This document shows, in pieces, positions 20,405-24,000 of a stretch of DNA of 24,000 nucleotides (position 1 is its first letter; each line of letters opens with the position of its first letter). Both the position numbers and the translations under genes were made by a program. The DNA comes from Escherichia coli (GTDB lineage: Bacteria > Pseudomonadota > Gammaproteobacteria > Enterobacterales > Enterobacteriaceae): NCBI RefSeq assembly GCF_030036835.1, contig NZ_CP124496.1; one strand, written 5' to 3'. A model generated the notes under the pieces. That model worked only from the letters and a program-made list of their open reading frames with translations, was not told where the DNA came from and did not search any database.

Positions 20405-21312
20405 AACAACCTCCGGACTAAATGAGATGTACCAGCCTGTATAGATAGCACGCCGGAAGAATGGGGTAGTGGATATCAGTCAAATTCTCCGTAATTTCAT
20501 TAAGTTCCGGTTTTACCTTTTTTCGGATCTTATTAGTGTAGAAGAACGATTGTTGCGGTGAGGGGATTATTGCTTAGGAAGCAAAATTCAAAACTGACTA
20601 AGCCAGAAATAGCAACAACAAGATAAGGAAATTTTCCCCCTCAGCCCCTGCATGCCGTGAGGGGGAGCAACTACCCAACTACAGTTTTCATTTTATGATA
20701 CGTCTTCACTAGGTAATACCTGTGAACTGACAGAGTCTTTACGGAGTGTATGGCGGACCTAAATTTGATCCCTGAAAACTGTCAGCGCTGCGAGGACGAA
20801 GAAAGTATTACGGCTAAAGCCGTAATACCTCCCCATCCAGCTTCAAGCTATGTAGAAACTTATGTGGGTAGAGCAGTCCCGACAGGGCAGTACCGCATTG
20901 ACAGGCCGTCAGGGCCGCTTACGAGCTTGTATGACAAGGGGGGCCGTCTGGATATAGCGAATTATTGTACGGTAAGCCTTTTTTGAACAGCCTTACCTAT
21001 TGCTATAGAGGGGAACTCCTACGTTATACGCCGCTTTCAGGGGATTCGACCTTAATGAGACAACTCAAATATGATCGACAACTTAAACGCGATAGTTGCT
21101 GATAAAATCAATCCATTACGCGTTTCAATTGATTAAATAATGCACTTAATGTACAAAAATTCCCGATCTCAAAACTGAACCCTAAAGATACCAGGCATCT
21201 CCCCCAGGAAGCGCCCTCATGCGTTTTCCTGTTCCGCCCCTGCCACCTACCTTCTGTTTCATACTTGTTGTATTATTGTTTTTGTTTTCAATCCCCAAGG
21301 AGACGTCGCTAT

Positions 21313-21480
21313 ATGACTGTGCGGGAGACAGAGGAAAACATTGAACAAATCTTCCCTGAGCTTTCGAACTTAATTGATATTATTAATAAATGGCTTTCCC
21401 ATGGAAACATTGATCCTGAACTGGCACACTTCATCATTTATCTTCTTGATTACCTAACCACCACACACAAAAGCATATAA
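21313..21480 (+). CDS. Small ORF (55 aa), MTVRETEENIEQIFPELSNLIDIINKWLSHGNIDPELAHFIIYLLDYLTTTHKSI
   Basis: SD AAGGAG 8 nt upstream of the ATG at 21313; plausible helical composition; the track ORF extends upstream to 21265. Confidence 0.5.
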   Translation: MTVRETEENIEQIFPELSNLIDIINKWLSHGNIDPELAHFIIYLLDYLTTTHKSI

Positions 21481-21594
21481 AAAATTTCCTTGCACATCCA
21501 TTTTTTTGCGAATATTATTATTCCTGCTGAATATGATTCAATATCGCACGCTACTCATCCATCCAAGGATAATGAGTACATAGGTTGAAGTTTC

Positions 21595-21622
21595 AACACC
21601 CCCACTACGGGGGTGTTTTTTT
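21595..21622 (+). terminator. Rho-independent terminator
   Basis: ACACCCCC-(acta/c)-GGGGGTGT followed by a run of 8 T. Confidence 0.8.
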
Positions 21623-22002
21623 TACCAATAAACACAAATCACACCATCGCCATACTCTGTTTGCCAGACATCGATTGGTAAATATGCGTAACTCGCTATA
21701 ATACAAAAAGAAAAATCAGAACCAGAAACCAGTTTCCAGATAAAAAACACCCTCCCGAAGGAGGGGACAGACACATTCATATTTCCCAAAACAGGAATTT
21801 TTATTTTTATGACGCATTAATGAAGTTACTTCATCTCCAGTAGATTAACTTCATTTAAAGTGGCGATCAATCATATTTATTACGACTCTAAACTATTACA
21901 ACAACCACAATAAGATATCACCTCAAATATAAAAGATAATTCTTACAAAAACGTTCCTAAAACAAAAAATACAGATAAACACCAATAAAAAACAGAAAAC
22001 TC

Positions 22003-22140
22003 TTACACATTTAAAGATGGTAAAATAATATAGAACTGTTAGTCTATATGGAGAAGGCGCATCTAATTCAGAGCAATCTATTGCGAAGAATCAGAGTAAC
22101 AGGGCCCCATGATATAATCATGGGGCCCTGTTGCTTTTAC
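22003..22140 (+). ncRNA. Candidate short orphan transcript: sigma70-like promoter TTACAC-N17-TAATAT and a perfect 14-bp-stem terminator hairpin about 100 nt downstream
   Basis: -35 TTACAC 22003-22008; -10 TAATAT 22026-22031; hairpin CAGGGCCCCATGAT-ATA-ATCATGGGGCCCTG 22100-22130 followed by TTGCTTTTA. Confidence 0.4.
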
Positions 22141-22382
22141 AGATGTAAAAACGACCAATCATTTAACATCTGTTATCGGCACCGCCCCGGACGGGTTCGG
22201 CGCAAATATGGTATGGTACCAGCCCGGCAATTCACCTGCCGTGCAATCTGACGAAGCAGTACCGGCGTATGCAGATATATCGTCCAGACATATCTGCCGC
22301 ATTCAGGCGGTGAGTAAAGCCTTCTCTCTCAAAAGAGGAGCAACAGTTATCCACAGATTCTGGGGATAACTGCGAAAAGAAT

Positions 22383-22523
22383 ATGTGCCAGGAAAGTCGG
22401 CTCCCGGGAAAAAGACCGCTGGCGGCGCAGCTGCTGGATACGAAAGCTGAGCTGAAAGGATCCCGGGAGGACGTCCGTAAACTTCAGTCCCTGGCCCGTC
22501 ATGACGGGAAGGTGAAAAAGTGA
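22383..22523 (+). CDS. Small ORF (46 aa) upstream of, and coupled to, the 22520 ORF
   Basis: MCQESRLPGKRPLAAQLLDTKAELKGSREDVRKLQSLARHDGKVKK*; the TGA at 22521-22523 overlaps the GTG start at 22520 (GTGA). Not in the supplied track. Confidence 0.4.
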   Translation: MCQESRLPGKRPLAAQLLDTKAELKGSREDVRKLQSLARHDGKVKK

Positions 22524-23161
22524 ATGCGGACACCTGGACCCGCCTGCAGGCCTTCCGACATGCTCTGGAGCTGACTTCCTGTGAGGCTTCTCTCACCGCC
22601 GGGTATGATCACCTGAAGGATTTCCCGGCCGGTTGCAGCGAGCTGGCCAGCCAGACGCTGACTGATTATCTGACGGAAGACGGCAGCAACCTGTACTCCT
22701 GTATTGTCGGTATGCAGTGGGATAATGGTCCTGGCAGATACGGCCACGTCATTGCCGCCCCTGCCAGGGACTATATCGACCTGACCCTTGATCAGTTTCC
22801 AGGCTATCATAACCGGATTGTGGCAGAGCCCGTTGAGTCCGGCGGACAGCTCGCGGCAGACCTCAACAGGGAGCCTGCCATCAGTATAGCTGATGGAATA
22901 GTGGCCAGCGCATCAGATAAGGTTAATTACATTACTGAACAGAAAAATCGCCAGCCAATGGTGATCATTACAGAATGTTACAAACTGATCAGAATGACGG
23001 CAAGATTTATACCAATGTGCCAGTCATCTCAACTCTTCCAGCACCAGATATTCCCTCGCTTATTTATCATTTCAGACGTTGGCTCCTGCAGTTTGTCCAG
23101 GAACACCTTAGATCGTTTAGCTACTGACTGGAAGGTGACACTGTCCGTCCTGTCGCTATAG
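22520..23161 (+). CDS. Unknown protein, probably with a degraded or replaced C-terminus; N-terminal about 150 aa carries a possible Cys/His/Asp hydrolase-like signature
   Basis: GTG start; FPAGCSELASQTLTDYL...GRYGHVIAAPARDYIDLTLDQFPGYHNRIV; after roughly codon 145 the product loses coherence and overlaps an antisense ORF. Confidence 0.5.
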   Translation: MNADTWTRLQAFRHALELTSCEASLTAGYDHLKDFPAGCSELASQTLTDYLTEDGSNLYSCIVGMQWDNGPGRYGHVIAAPARDYIDLTLDQFPGYHNRIVAEPVESGGQLAADLNREPAISIADGIVASASDKVNYITEQKNRQPMVIITECYKLIRMTARFIPMCQSSQLFQHQIFPRLFIISDVGSCSLSRNTLDRLATDWKVTLSVLSL

Positions 23162-23457
23162 GGCTTGATATAAACCAGGCAGGCAAGGGATCTGGTTAAC
23201 ACCTTTCCTTCCATAAAGTGTTTGAAGATCCAGAGATACGTATCCACAAGCTCCAGCCCTGTACTCAGTGTCCCCGACTGGAAGACCTGTGGTTCAGCTG
23301 GTATTTCCGTTACATCCATGACCGGTGTCTGCGCAGCAGTGCCTGTCATCAGGATATTCATGGAGCCAGTCTGTATGCGCCTCTGGCGTTGAAACAAACA
23401 TATGAAGTGTATTTCGGATATGACTGTACGCTCAGGAAGTACGGCAGATTCCGTCAA
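23029..23457 (-). pseudogene. Possible remnant of a minus-strand gene (C-terminal part)
   Basis: Product region STGLELVDTYLWIFKHFMEGKVLTRSLACLVYIKPYSDRTDSVTFQSVAKRSKVFLDKLQEPTSEMINKRG looks protein-like and convergent with the 22520 ORF; no clear RBS or coherent N-terminus. Confidence 0.25.
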
Positions 23458-23958
23458 AAATTACCTGTAAAGACAGACTTCAGAAAAAACGGTGCTCGCC
23501 GCAGACCGGTGACCGGGCGAAGCCCGCGAACCGGCGAGGAAGCGCAATGGATCTGTAATCACAGTGAGCAGGTACGCCCTGAAGCCTTCATAATCGGTAG
23601 TGTATGCTGTTTTTCCGGAATGATTTATCCACATATCCAGAGGCCCGATCCAGTAAACAGATCCATGAATGATCAATAAAGGATCCATTAAAGATCCCCA
23701 TATCGCTACAAACCTTGTCACTCATGGGCCGGGACCACGTTCACATAAGCTGTGGCATGTTATGGATAAACTGTAACAGATTCATGATAAGCTGTATTCA
23801 GTAATGCATATACTGAAGTAAGTTAATGACATAAACTATGGTCAGTACGCCAGACTCAGTTGTTAAATACAGACTGCAGGTTTTTCTTCAGTCAGTTGAC
23901 GGGGTTCTGACACACGATTTTCTGTTTATTCTTTTACTGTCCACAGGCAGGAGGCTTT

Positions 23959-24000
23959 CTGGAAAACGAAAATTCAGACATCAAAAAACTGTTCGGCGAG
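23959..24000 (+). CDS. Possible start of a CDS running off the right edge (L/M-ENENSDIKKLFGE...)
   Basis: AGGAGG SD followed by an open frame CTGGAAAACGAAAATTCAGACATCAAAAAACTGTTCGGCGAG; would need a non-ATG start. Confidence 0.25.
   Translation, partial: MENENSDIKKLFGE

Noticed and set aside
20750-20986. 78-aa plus-strand [26 protein letters not shown]...
   Set aside because: No recognisable domain, weak RBS context and no gene partner; not strong enough to call as a gene, though not excluded.
23218-23679. 153-aa plus-strand ORF MFEDPEIRIHKLQPCTQCP...
   Set aside because: Cys/Arg-rich product antisense to a more protein-like frame; no RBS or domain signal.

Overview
This window is a maintenance and early-transfer (leading-side) segment of an F-like (IncFIA-type) enterobacterial plasmid. 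From left to right I recognise: (1) 0-9 kb, a minus-strand run of F leading-region-style genes: a DUF3560-like CDS that runs off the left edge, small conserved ORFs, a DUF1380-like CDS, klcA antirestriction, a complete IS186-type element with a 10-bp target duplication, a second DUF1380-like CDS, an orphan adenine DNA methyltransferase and a DUF1281/Api92-like CDS. (2) 9.2-15.3 kb, the RepFIA block: sopC centromere array, sopB, sopA, incC iterons, repE, oriS, resD, ccdB, ccdA. (3) 15.8-19.2 kb, pifC plus a KAP-family P-loop NTPase in the pifA position (phage exclusion). (4) 19.2-20.4 kb, a convergent two-gene operon with a PF10137-type TIR-like effector and a 96-aa protein that loosely resembles phage gp10-like proteins. 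(5) 20.5-24 kb, poorly characterised sequence with small ORFs, a candidate orphan small RNA, and a GTGA-coupled gene pair whose second member has a possible Cys/His/Asp hydrolase signature. The best candidate for an undescribed system is the TIR-like/small-protein operon beside pifCA. A second pattern of note is that several leading-region genes have a GC-rich hairpin about 18-30 nt upstream of their start codon. All family assignments come from reading motifs and recall. No database search was run.
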